A stretch of DNA of 64,000 nucleotides from Deltaproteobacteria bacterium (GTDB lineage Bacteria > Desulfobacterota > Binatia > Bin18), in assembly GCA_009692435.1 (NCBI GenBank), contig SHZE01000003.1, positions 797 to 64,796 of the forward strand, in the 5' to 3' direction. Shown piece by piece: positions 55,538-63,827 of the stretch (the first letter of the stretch is position 1; every line of letters begins with the position of its first letter). Under the pieces are notes generated by a model. The model saw only the letters and a list, made by a program, of their open reading frames with translations. It did no database searches and had not been told where the DNA came from. The position numbers and the translations under genes are program-made.

Positions 55538-57229
55538 ATGGCTAGTGTAGATGGTGGTGCGCTTATCGGGCGCATCCTGAAAGAACAAAAAGTGAAATAC
55601 ATGTTCGCCGTCAATGGCGGGCATACGTTTCCGATCCTCGCCAACCTTATGAACAACGATGTGGACCTCATCCACATGCGCCACGAACAAGCCTGCGCCT
55701 ACGCGGCGGACGGCTATGCGCGTGTCACCGGAACGACCGGCGTGTGCTGCGTTACCGCGGGCTGCGGACTCACCAACGCCGTGACCGGCCTCTGTGTGGC
55801 GGGACTCACCAACAGCTCCGTGGTGTGTCTCTCCGGCCAGCATCCCACCACCGAAGACTACATTGGGTCCTTCCAAGAAGCCTACGGCTCCGATGTCGTG
55901 CGGACGTTCACTAAGTTCGCCAAGCGGGTACTCGATTGGTCAACCATTGAGGTCGACCTGCGCCAGGCCTTCCGTGAAGCCATCAACCCACCGCAAGGCG
56001 TGTCGATGCTGGAAATTCCTCAGAACATTCTCTATCACGTGGACGACGAGAACAAACAGCGCAAAGGCGCGAAAGTGTATGGCTCGGACGAACTCCGTTC
56101 GCAAGGAGATCCCCGCTCAATCGAAAAGACCGCTGAACTCCTCTTCAAGGCGCAGAGACCGTTGATCGCTGGTGGTGATGGCATTTTCTGGTCCGGTGCC
56201 GCGGCGGAGTTGAAAGAACTTGCTGAACTCACGAGCACCCCGGTCTATTGCCGCCGCTCTGGACAAGGCGCGGTTGATGAGGCCCATCCGCTGGCGATTC
56301 GTGGAGCGTGGAAGAAACCGTTCACCGGTGAAGCGGATGTCGTCCTCGCCGTGGGTTTCAAATACTGGAGCGGTGAGAAATTCGGCGAGCCCCCGACGTG
56401 GAGTGACAAAGCCACCTACATTCAAGTGGACCCAACGCCACAGCGGGTCGGCTGGCACGTTCCCGCTGAAGTCGGTATCGTCGGCGACCCCAAACTCGTA
56501 CTGCGCCAGATTATCGATAAGATCAAAGAGATGAAGCTCGATTTCAGCTCGAAACGGGAAAGCCCGTGGATCAAGCAGATGGGCGACATTCGCGCGAATT
56601 ATGAGAAGCTCATCGGTGAACGCGCGGTGAAATACGCGAACAACACACCGATTCATCCTGACCGCCTCACCAGCGACCTGATGAAAGTGATTGATAAGAG
56701 CGCGTCGCTGATTATCGATAGCTTCACGCTCAGCGGCTACACCAGCCAATGGTTCACCGCCCATGAGATGGGACAAGTCGTGGATGCGGGACCGCTCGCC
56801 CCAGTGGGTCATGGCGTTGGCATGGGTATTGGCGTGCAGCTTGGTCGTCCAGGCAAGCAAGTCATCCTCATCAGCGGCGACGGCGGCCTGGGCATTGGCG
56901 GCATGGATATCGAAACCGCCGCGAAGTACAAAATTCCTCTCATCACGTTGTTGTGGAATAACAGCTCATGGGGTCCGAGTTTCGAGTCGATGCCGATCCT
57001 CAAAGGACGCACCAAACCGTTCGACATGGTCCCGAACATTCGCTACGACAAGGTGTTCGAGCCGATGGGCGTGTACACTGAACATGTCGAGAAAAACGAG
57101 GAGATCATTCCTGCTCTTGAGCGGGCATTGAAGTCCGGCAAGACGGCACTGATCAATGTCTTCGGTGACAAGCGTGTTGGTCATCCGACATTGGGCGGGA
57201 ATTTGTTGGGATCGACAAAGCAGGTGTAA
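55538..57229 (+). CDS. thiamine diphosphate-dependent enzyme (acetolactate synthase / oxalyl-CoA decarboxylase-like)
   Basis: It has an N-terminal ThDP domain (HEQACAYAADGYARVTG) and a C-terminal GDGGLG..NNSSWG motif. The start is ATG 55538, or 55532 as an alternative. Confidence 0.9.
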   Translation: MASVDGGALIGRILKEQKVKYMFAVNGGHTFPILANLMNNDVDLIHMRHEQACAYAADGYARVTGTTGVCCVTAGCGLTNAVTGLCVAGLTNSSVVCLSGQHPTTEDYIGSFQEAYGSDVVRTFTKFAKRVLDWSTIEVDLRQAFREAINPPQGVSMLEIPQNILYHVDDENKQRKGAKVYGSDELRSQGDPRSIEKTAELLFKAQRPLIAGGDGIFWSGAAAELKELAELTSTPVYCRRSGQGAVDEAHPLAIRGAWKKPFTGEADVVLAVGFKYWSGEKFGEPPTWSDKATYIQVDPTPQRVGWHVPAEVGIVGDPKLVLRQIIDKIKEMKLDFSSKRESPWIKQMGDIRANYEKLIGERAVKYANNTPIHPDRLTSDLMKVIDKSASLIIDSFTLSGYTSQWFTAHEMGQVVDAGPLAPVGHGVGMGIGVQLGRPGKQVILISGDGGLGIGGMDIETAAKYKIPLITLLWNNSSWGPSFESMPILKGRTKPFDMVPNIRYDKVFEPMGVYTEHVEKNEEIIPALERALKSGKTALINVFGDKRVGHPTLGGNLLGSTKQV

Positions 57230-57244
57230 GAGACAAAACGCACC

Positions 57245-57320
57245 GGAGAAACGGAGAGCGGGAGAATCGGGGAAAGGAAGAAAACTTTTTCTTTCCTCAC
57301 TCTCCGCTTCTCCGTTTCCG
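57245..57320. repeat. GGAGAAAC/GGAGAATC-word hairpin
   Basis: ggagaaacggagagcgggagaatcggggaaaggaagaaaa faces tttttctttcctcactctccgcttctccgtttccg. Confidence 0.65.
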
Positions 57321-57340
57321 TCTTCTTAGGGAGGAACCTC

Positions 57341-57553
57341 ATGGTTAAAGTCTATTGCGACCGTTGCAGCACTGAGGTTGAAAACCTCGACGCCTTATTA
57401 CAGTTCTCGATTGAAGTCACCGAACAGCCGAATCGCACCGCGTGGAGTTGGCACACGGAAGTGTGTCAGGATTGTTTTGTGCTTATGAAAGACGACATTT
57501 CCTCACGCGTCACACAGCCGCCAGAGGATAAAAAGAAAGGACCGAAGAAATAG
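57341..57553 (+). CDS. small zinc-ribbon-like protein (CxxC...CxxC) with Lys-rich tail
   Basis: It has RBS GGGAGG and contains CDRC and CQDC. No family recognised. Confidence 0.5.
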   Translation: MVKVYCDRCSTEVENLDALLQFSIEVTEQPNRTAWSWHTEVCQDCFVLMKDDISSRVTQPPEDKKKGPKK

Positions 57554-57580
57554 GGATCACGGTTGCCGTGCTCCCGCCCC

Positions 57581-58201
57581 TTACTTCACACCCAAGAATG
57601 CCAAATCCTGCAAATACTCCTCCATCGGTACCATGCCGATACGCAACCGTTTCCCACCGATAATCACCGTCGGCACCGCCGTCACATAGTACTGGTCACT
57701 CGCCTCTTCGCACTGCTGGCGTACCGAGTCTTGTAGTGCGGGATCGTCAATATCTCGCAGGAACGTCGGCATATCGAGACCAGCCGCGCGTGCCACCGCC
57801 ACGAGATTATCCTTGTCGATCAGACTTTGCCCTTCAATAAAAAATGAACGGTAGAGCGCGGGATGAAAGCGGTGAAATGCCTCCTCGCCTTGCCGTTGTG
57901 CCGCCACTCCAGCTTCGAGGCCCGGCATACTCCAGCGCGGGAATTCTTCTTTCTCCCACATGTTGTAGGTAATACCTTCAGGTTCCGCCATCGCCGAAAT
58001 ACGTTTCCAGGCTTTCTCGACATAGCTGTCCTGAAAGCGGAACGGACTCGGATCATATTGCGGACGAAGGGCGAAGGGATGCCAGCGGATGGAAACGCGG
58101 TCACCAAAGCGTTCTTTGATTTTCTGCAAGCGCACGGCCGCAGGATAACACCAGGGTCACAGGTAGTCGGAGAATTCAACGATTTCGACAGGGCCATCCA
58201 T
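57581..58201 (-). CDS. DsbA/FrnE-like thiol oxidoreductase, candidate selenoprotein (in-frame TGA at 58157..58159 gives a U-P-W-C active site)
   Basis: ATG 58199..58201 follows GGAGG with a 5-nt spacer. The in-frame read is MDGPVEIVEFSDYL-TGA-PWCYPAAVRLQKIKERF..., which continues into track ORF 57581..58135. The TGA replaces the first Cys of the family CPWC motif. Confidence 0.7.
58124..58143 (-). ncRNA. candidate bacterial SECIS hairpin (within the CDS)
   Basis: The mRNA segment CUGCGGCCGUGCGCUUGCAG starts 13 nt after the UGA. It has a 6-bp stem (4 Watson-Crick plus 2 G-U pairs) and a G/U-containing apical loop. It has not been scored with any model. Confidence 0.35.
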
Positions 58202-58225
58202 AAGAACCTCCAGCCCGTGGATCAT

Positions 58226-58987
58226 TTACGAGCCTTGTAAAATGTTCACCACCGCATCATGCACGCGACCATTCGAGATGATCGCATTCCCAGTATAAAT
58301 CGACGGCGAACCGGCAAAATCCGAAAAGCGGCCACCTGCCTCGGTGACAAGAATCTTCGTCGCCGCCACATCCCACGGCTTGATTTCGGGCTCTAGCGTC
58401 ACTTCCGCTTGTCCGCAAATCACGACACTGTGTCCCAGGGCATCGCCAAACCCTCGCTGACGCGCGGTGGCATCAATAAGACGGAGAAACGATCCCCAGC
58501 AGGGCCGCACCTTGAGATCCTTGAGGCCACCATGAATGAGCATCGACTTGGCCAAGTCGTCAACATCGGACACCCGCACCCGCTGGCCATTGGCGAAAGC
58601 CCCCTGCCCTTTCCGCGCAGAGAGCAAGTCGTTGATTGCCGGTGCGGACATCACACCAGCCGTAATCTCGCCCTCTTCTTCCAGTGCGATGAGGGTCGCG
58701 AAGAACGGAATGCCGCGAATGAAATTCTTAGTGCCATCAATAGGATCAATAATCCACCGAGTGTTGACCTGACCAGCACGCTCGCCCATCTCTTCCCCAA
58801 GAAAGCCGTACGCGGGGAAATGCTGGCTAAGAATTTCAATAATCGTCGCTTCGCATTCGCGATCGGCTTTGGTCACCGGGGTGCGGTCGGCTTTGGTCTC
58901 GACCTTGAGATTGGTACGAAAATAATGGAGCGCGATTTCGCCAGCGGCTTTGGCGGCTTCGAGAGCGGCATTCAGTACGTCATCCAT
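58226..58987 (-). CDS. inositol monophosphatase family protein (SuhB/HisN-like)
   Basis: FLGEE, WIIDPIDGTKNF and the C-terminal WD.AA motif are present. I prefer ATG 58987 over TTG 59014. Confidence 0.85.
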   Translation of the reverse strand: MDDVLNAALEAAKAAGEIALHYFRTNLKVETKADRTPVTKADRECEATIIEILSQHFPAYGFLGEEMGERAGQVNTRWIIDPIDGTKNFIRGIPFFATLIALEEEGEITAGVMSAPAINDLLSARKGQGAFANGQRVRVSDVDDLAKSMLIHGGLKDLKVRPCWGSFLRLIDATARQRGFGDALGHSVVICGQAEVTLEPEIKPWDVAATKILVTEAGGRFSDFAGSPSIYTGNAIISNGRVHDAVVNILQGS

Positions 58988-59008
58988 AGTCTGTTGATAG
59001 CAGCGGGT

Positions 59009-59103
59009 GGGCAAAAGGGAAAACGGGGAAAGGGGGAAACGGAAGACAAAAAATGGGTTCTTCCTTTGTCCTTTTACCCTTCGCCCCTTTTACCCGTTTC
59101 GCC
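59009..59103. repeat. GGGAAAAC/GGGGAAAG-word hairpin
   Basis: The purine-only arm (59009..59057) faces the pyrimidine-rich arm (59058..59103). Confidence 0.6.
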
Positions 59104-59114
59104 ATTCCCTTGCG

Positions 59115-59906
59115 TTACAGCAGTCCCCGCAACAATCCGCCGTCCACTTGAACAGCCACGCCGTTCACATAGCTTCCCGCTTCCGAACCGATGAAGACAA
59201 TGACGTTCGCCATTTCTTTCGGATCACCAACACGTCCGAGCGGCACATCGGCCCCACTATCTTCAAGGGTTTGCTCAATCGTTTTGCCGGTCCGCTGGGC
59301 TCGCGCGGCGAGGCCACTTCTGAGCCGATCCGTCAGAATACGGCCTGGCAGGATCGTATTTACAGTAATGTTGTCCTTACCGACTTCGCGCGAGAGGGTT
59401 TTCGCCATCCCGACCACAGCCGGGCGTACCCCATTCGAGAGAATTAGCCCGTCAATCGGCTCTTTCACCGACATCGACATCACGCTCAGTAAGCGTCCCC
59501 ATTTCTGTTTCTGCATGAAGGGAATCGCTTTGCGAAAAAGGCGCACGGTACTGAGGAAATTCAGCGAGAACGCGCTCTCCCAATCGGCATCCGACATATT
59601 ACCAAAGCCACCGAGCGGCGGTCCGCCAGTGTTGGCGACCACGACGTGGATGGTACCGAATTTCTTGATGGTCTCATCAAGAAACTGGTCTGTCGCTTCC
59701 AGTTTCGACAAATCGCCCGGCACGGCCAATATCTCTGCGCCGGTCTCCTTGCGGATTTCTTCGGCGGTCGCCTCAAGCTGCGCCGGATCACGTGCGCTAA
59801 TGGCCACTTTCGCGCCCTCGCGGGCAAATCCCAAGGCGGTCGCTTTGCCAATCCCTTTGCTCGCACCGCCAACCATCACGACTTTTCCTTTCAGTCCAAG
59901 GTCCAT
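59115..59906 (-). CDS. SDR family oxidoreductase (FabG-like)
   Basis: ATG 59906 follows GGAGG. The GGASKGIG motif is present. The upstream part of the track ORF lies in a repeat. Confidence 0.9.
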   Translation of the reverse strand: MDLGLKGKVVMVGGASKGIGKATALGFAREGAKVAISARDPAQLEATAEEIRKETGAEILAVPGDLSKLEATDQFLDETIKKFGTIHVVVANTGGPPLGGFGNMSDADWESAFSLNFLSTVRLFRKAIPFMQKQKWGRLLSVMSMSVKEPIDGLILSNGVRPAVVGMAKTLSREVGKDNITVNTILPGRILTDRLRSGLAARAQRTGKTIEQTLEDSGADVPLGRVGDPKEMANVIVFIGSEAGSYVNGVAVQVDGGLLRGLL

Positions 59907-59960
59907 TCCGCTCCTCCTTGTTAAATGAAACCGCCCGCTGTCGCCGGTGAAGAACTGAAC

Positions 59961-60044
59961 CGGGGAATCGGGGATGGGGGGAATCGGGGAAAGAAAAAAG
60001 GCCGTTTGTTGTCTTCTTCCCCGATTCTCCGTTTCTCCGTTTCG
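59961..60044. repeat. GGGGAATC-word hairpin
   Basis: The core gaatcggggaa/ttccccgattc is perfect and is flanked by related words. Confidence 0.65.
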
Positions 60045-60051
60045 TTTTCGA

Positions 60052-60906
60052 CTACGCCGCCAAGTATCCCTTCTTCTGGTAAAACTCGCGCACGGCGGCT
60101 TCAAACCCAGAGGGATTATCTCCCATCACCGAATGACCAGCTTTCGGCACCAACGAGAAATCGGCACCAGGAATGAGTTGCTGAAATTCTTTCACCCCGT
60201 CGAGCGAGAGCACGTCACTCTCACCACCTTTCACGAGCAGCGTCGGACATTTGATCTTCTGGACCTCCGCGGCCAATTCGTCGTGCATCTGTTTCATGTC
60301 CACGGAACGGTGACCTTCGCTGAAATAGGTATCGTACTTCCATGACCACTTGCCGCTCGGCAACTGTTTCAGGTTGTAGACACAGGTATATTTACGGATC
60401 ACTTCCAGCGGACGGCGAGGGTTGAATTTGTGAATGATCGCCGCGGCTTCATCCAGGTCGTTGAATTCGCGATAGTTACTCATGAAATCACGAATATGTT
60501 TGACCCCTTCTTTCTCGACACGAGGACCAACATCGACAACAACCAACGCCTCGACCTTATGGGAATGATTCGAGGTAAATGACAGTGAATTCGCACCGCC
60601 CATCGACATGCCGGTAAGAAAGAAGCGTTTCAGCCCAAGCGCATTGGTAAACGCATCAGCGTCTTTCACCATCGTCTTACGAGAGTAATCTTTATCGGCG
60701 GCCCAGTCGGTATCCCCGTGGCCACGTTGGTCGAACGCCATGACATGGAAGTGCGGCGACATGGCGGCGGAGAACAAGTCCCAAGTATGGCAGGTCTGCC
60801 CAACCCCATGAAGCAACACTAAGGGCGGCTTCTCGGGATTACCCCAGTCGAGATAATGAAACTTGAGTCCGTTGGCGTGAACGAAACGATCGGTGAACTG
60901 TGTCAT
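60052..60906 (-). CDS. alpha/beta hydrolase
   Basis: It has the HG oxyanion motif (LLHGVGQT), the nucleophile elbow GMSMGG and a C-terminal GH. ATG 60906 follows GAGGAGG. Confidence 0.9.
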   Translation of the reverse strand: MTQFTDRFVHANGLKFHYLDWGNPEKPPLVLLHGVGQTCHTWDLFSAAMSPHFHVMAFDQRGHGDTDWAADKDYSRKTMVKDADAFTNALGLKRFFLTGMSMGGANSLSFTSNHSHKVEALVVVDVGPRVEKEGVKHIRDFMSNYREFNDLDEAAAIIHKFNPRRPLEVIRKYTCVYNLKQLPSGKWSWKYDTYFSEGHRSVDMKQMHDELAAEVQKIKCPTLLVKGGESDVLSLDGVKEFQQLIPGADFSLVPKAGHSVMGDNPSGFEAAVREFYQKKGYLAA

Positions 60907-60992
60907 ACGAGTCCCCTCCTCTAGCATTGCAATAGCATTGCGAGCTATCGCGGACAGCGAGAGAATGCAAGAGGCACGGCGGCGGGCGAGGA

Positions 60993-61066
60993 GAAATCAA
61001 AAGGCAAAAGGCAAAAGTCCCCGCCCTCCCCTCTTCTTCTATTTTTGCCTTTTGCCTTTTGATTTC
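60993..61066. repeat. perfect 24-bp inverted repeat of GGCAAAA words
   Basis: gaaatcaaaaggcaaaaggcaaaa (60993..61016) is the exact reverse complement of 61043..61066, with a 26-nt loop. It lies between two minus-strand genes. Confidence 0.9.
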
Positions 61067-61068
61067 CC

Positions 61069-61728
61069 TTATTTCAGCAGTCCGTCCACCACTGCCGGCG
61101 TCAATTCCGCTAGACTCGCGAGAACAAGACTTGCCTGGCGAAAATCATTGCGAAGCGTGTACTCATTAGGCACCGCGACACAGCGTATGCCCGCATTCAC
61201 CGCAGCCATGACCCCTTTGTAGGTATCCTCAATCACCACGCATCGTTCTGGTGGCAACTCCAGTTTCCGCGCGGCGGTGAGAAACGCATCGGGCTGGGGT
61301 TTCGCCTCGCGATAATCTTGTCGTGCCACGGTCACGGGAAAGAACCGGTCGATGCCCATCCGTCGCAACACGAAGTCAAGATGTTCACGATTCGTGTTGG
61401 TGGCGACGGTCAATGCAAACCGCGACGAGAGTTGCATGAGCGTTTCTTCAACATGCGGCATCAAGGTCACTGCGGTTTCCAAGAGTTGGAGATAAATCGG
61501 GGACCGCAATTGGCGGAGTTCGTCAGGAGCAATAGGGAGGTTATATTTCGCCACGATATATTCCGGCCCGGTGCCTTGCGCTATCCAATGCTCCTCGTAC
61601 TCTTCGCGCGACACCGTCACACCATACGGTTTCAGCACTGCACTATACGCGCGATAATACAGCCCTTCGGAGTCAATCAGCACTCCATCCAGATCAAAGA
61701 TCACACCTTGCGAGAATTGCCCAGCCAT
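61069..61728 (-). CDS. HAD-family hydrolase (beta-phosphoglucomutase-like subfamily IA)
   Basis: The DLDGVLIDSE motif follows ATG 61728, and EDTYKG is present near the C-terminus. Confidence 0.85.
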   Translation of the reverse strand: MAGQFSQGVIFDLDGVLIDSEGLYYRAYSAVLKPYGVTVSREEYEEHWIAQGTGPEYIVAKYNLPIAPDELRQLRSPIYLQLLETAVTLMPHVEETLMQLSSRFALTVATNTNREHLDFVLRRMGIDRFFPVTVARQDYREAKPQPDAFLTAARKLELPPERCVVIEDTYKGVMAAVNAGIRCVAVPNEYTLRNDFRQASLVLASLAELTPAVVDGLLK

Positions 61729-61787
61729 AACTTTTACTTCCTCTCTGGGATTCAGCTTGCCAGACTTTTCCGTTACAGTCAGCAGCC

Positions 61788-62030
61788 ATGAAGCCAGACG
61801 CAGCGATATCCCCTGAGGGAGCAATCGACCCCTCAGACGCTTGGGTCGAGATTTTCCACTCACTCGGACTGCCCGCGTATCGGATCCGCGTTGAAGCCAA
61901 GGACAAGATGGTCTGTATCCAAGCGCCGCCAGAAGATTTCCCGCGTCTGCTTGCCCCGGCCATCCGTCCGGTTTTGGTGAAGCATGGGAAGGCGCTGGGG
62001 TATCGGTTTGTGACGCTGGATATGAGCTAG
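61788..62030 (+). CDS. small protein resembling the C-terminal domain of LarE/PP-loop ATPases (stand-alone or gene remnant)
   Basis: YRIRVEAKDKMVCIQAPPEDFPRLL...GKALGYRFVTLDM resembles the remembered LarE-type C-terminus (VR.HG..ARIEV..E....L......L.ELGF.YVTLDL). There is no SD sequence and no PP-loop domain upstream. Confidence 0.35.
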   Translation: MKPDAAISPEGAIDPSDAWVEIFHSLGLPAYRIRVEAKDKMVCIQAPPEDFPRLLAPAIRPVLVKHGKALGYRFVTLDMS

Positions 62031-62163
62031 CGGATAGCCCGCTCCCTACGGTCGCTTTATGGCGTATGGCTTATGGCAAAAATGCTCCGGCTATAGCGTG
62101 AGCGAAGTGAACGAACCATACGCCATAGAGTGGGCGGAGCGAACGAGCCATCCGCCATACGCC
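62029..62163. repeat. composite palindromic element, TATGGC-word family, copy B
   Basis: tatggcgtatgg pairs with ccatacgccata as a perfect 12-bp stem. The right module gcgRWgYgaacRaRccatMcgccat is duplicated. The element sits 58 nt upstream of tRNA-Pro. Confidence 0.7.
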
Positions 62164-62221
62164 TGCCCTTGACCCCTTCTCTTGAGAGACGCTAAGAGAG
62201 TGGGGCGAAGCTATCGCATGT

Positions 62222-62298
62222 CGGGGTGTAGCGCAGCCTGGTAGCGTACTCGCTTGGGGTGCGAGTGGTCGGCCGTTCAAATCGGCTCACCCCGACCA
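62222..62298 (+). tRNA. tRNA-Pro (anticodon GGG), CCA encoded
   Basis: I folded the cloverleaf by hand. The acceptor is CGGGGTG/CACCCCG, the anticodon stem is CTCGC/GCGAG with loop TTGGGGT, and the T-arm is GGCCG-TTCAAAT-CGGCT. Total length is 77 nt. Confidence 0.9.
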
Positions 62299-62320
62299 GT
62301 TCGTAGTAGTACCCCCACGG

Positions 62321-62356
62321 AAAGGCGACCGTATGAAAACGGTCGCCTTTCTTATT
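62321..62356 (+). terminator. rho-independent terminator after tRNA-Pro
   Basis: 11-bp stem aaaggcgaccg/cggtcgccttt with loop tatgaaaa, followed by CTTATT. Confidence 0.65.
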
Positions 62357-62382
62357 GCCTCACTTTCTGCTCAAATGCCGCC

Positions 62383-63135
62383 ATGATTATCCTCATCTCA
62401 AATGATGACGGGATCCATTCCGAAGGACTGCGCGCGTTGGAAGAAGCCCTTGCCACTATCGGCGAGATTTATACGGTTGCCCCGGATCGTGAACAAAGCG
62501 CGGTCAGCCATGCACTGACCCTCCATCATCCGCTTCGCATCGAAGAAATCGCGCCTCGTCGGTTTGCTGTCAGCGGCACCCCAACCGATTGTATCAACCT
62601 CGCCGTCAAAGGATTTCTCCCGGTCCGGCCACAGCTCGTGGTCTCAGGGATCAATAAAGGGGCCAATCTGGGAGATGATGTGACTTATTCAGGAACGGTC
62701 TCCGCCGCCATTGAGGGGTCGCTCTTGGGAATTCCCTCGATTGCGGTTTCGCTCGTGGCACGCAGTGCGCCATATCTGTTTGGTCCAGCGGCGGAGTTTG
62801 CCGCCGTGCTTGCGTCCGAAGTTATCTCCCAAGGAATGCCCTCCGACACTTTGCTCAACGTCAATGTCCCCCATTTGCCAAAAGACCAATTACGAGGCTA
62901 CCAAATGACCCGCCAAGGGAAACGTCATTACGCGGAAAAGCTCGAAGAACGCGTCGATCCCCGCGGACGGAAGTATTACTGGATTGGTGGGGATGATCTC
63001 GGGTTCGACCCAGTGGAAGGCACGGATTGTGTCGCCGTGCATGAAGGCTACATTTCCGTGACTCCCCTCCACGTTGACCTCACGAATTACCGTACCCTGC
63101 ACGAATTACGCGACCTACAATTGCCATGGCAGTAG
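62383..63135 (+). CDS. surE: 5'/3'-nucleotidase SurE
   Basis: MIILISNDDGIHSEG starts at ATG 62383. The track extension overlaps the tRNA. A GINKGAN motif is present. Confidence 0.9.
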   Translation: MIILISNDDGIHSEGLRALEEALATIGEIYTVAPDREQSAVSHALTLHHPLRIEEIAPRRFAVSGTPTDCINLAVKGFLPVRPQLVVSGINKGANLGDDVTYSGTVSAAIEGSLLGIPSIAVSLVARSAPYLFGPAAEFAAVLASEVISQGMPSDTLLNVNVPHLPKDQLRGYQMTRQGKRHYAEKLEERVDPRGRKYYWIGGDDLGFDPVEGTDCVAVHEGYISVTPLHVDLTNYRTLHELRDLQLPWQ

Positions 63136-63773
63136 ATTACACCACCTCTCGTCACCAGATGGTCGAAGAACAGATCGTCAGTCGTGGGATCAAGGATCCC
63201 CTCGTCCTGGCGGCCATGAAGCGCGTGCCACGACACTTGTTCGTTGACGAGGCTCTGCAAGCCCGCGCGTATGAAGATCACCCGCTGCCCATTGGAGAAG
63301 GCCAAACCATCTCGCAGCCCTACATGATCGCGCTCATGGCCGAAACCCTGAAACTTGCTGAAGGCGAACGCGTCCTGGAAGTCGGCACCGGATCAGGCTA
63401 TTTGACGGCAGTCCTGCCTGAGCAAGGCGTGCACGTCTGCACGATTGAACTCTCGTCTCATCTCGCCGCCCGTGCGCGTACAACGTTGCACGCGCTGGGA
63501 TACCAGAAAGTCAATGTGCATGTCGGAGATGGCACGCTCGGCTGGTCGCGCGAAGCTCCGTTTGATGCCATCGTCATTGGTGCCGCGGCCTCAAGCCTCC
63601 CACGTCCGCTCCTCTCACAGCTCCGCATGGGCGGACGCTTGGTACTTCCTATAGGTGAGGAAGACCTGCAAACACTCGTGCGCATCTGGAAAGAACCGAG
63701 CGGTCTGCGCGAAGAGTATTTTGACGAGTGTCGGTTTGTAAAACTCCGTGGCGAGTATGGCTGGGAAACGTAG
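63126..63773 (+). CDS. pcm: protein-L-isoaspartate O-methyltransferase
   Basis: TISQPYM and the SAM motif LEVGTGSGY are present. It is arranged as the classic surE-pcm pair with a 10-nt overlap. Confidence 0.9.
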   Translation: MAVDYTTSRHQMVEEQIVSRGIKDPLVLAAMKRVPRHLFVDEALQARAYEDHPLPIGEGQTISQPYMIALMAETLKLAEGERVLEVGTGSGYLTAVLPEQGVHVCTIELSSHLAARARTTLHALGYQKVNVHVGDGTLGWSREAPFDAIVIGAAASSLPRPLLSQLRMGGRLVLPIGEEDLQTLVRIWKEPSGLREEYFDECRFVKLRGEYGWET

Positions 63774-63827
63774 TCGCCGTTTCGCCGCACTCCCAACAAT
63801 CAACTTGCTCGCTGCCTTCCCATACCA

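Noticed and set aside
57820-58197. A 125-aa minus-strand ORF covering the region upstream of the truncated DsbA-like ORF
   Set aside because: It is out of frame with the DsbA-like gene and has no motifs. The in-frame reading through TGA gives a canonical family N-terminus with an RBS, so that reading is preferred.
62254-62382. The 5' extension of the surE ORF in the track
   Set aside because: The extension overlaps the tRNA-Pro gene and its terminator. The canonical SurE N-terminus MIILISNDDG starts at 62383.
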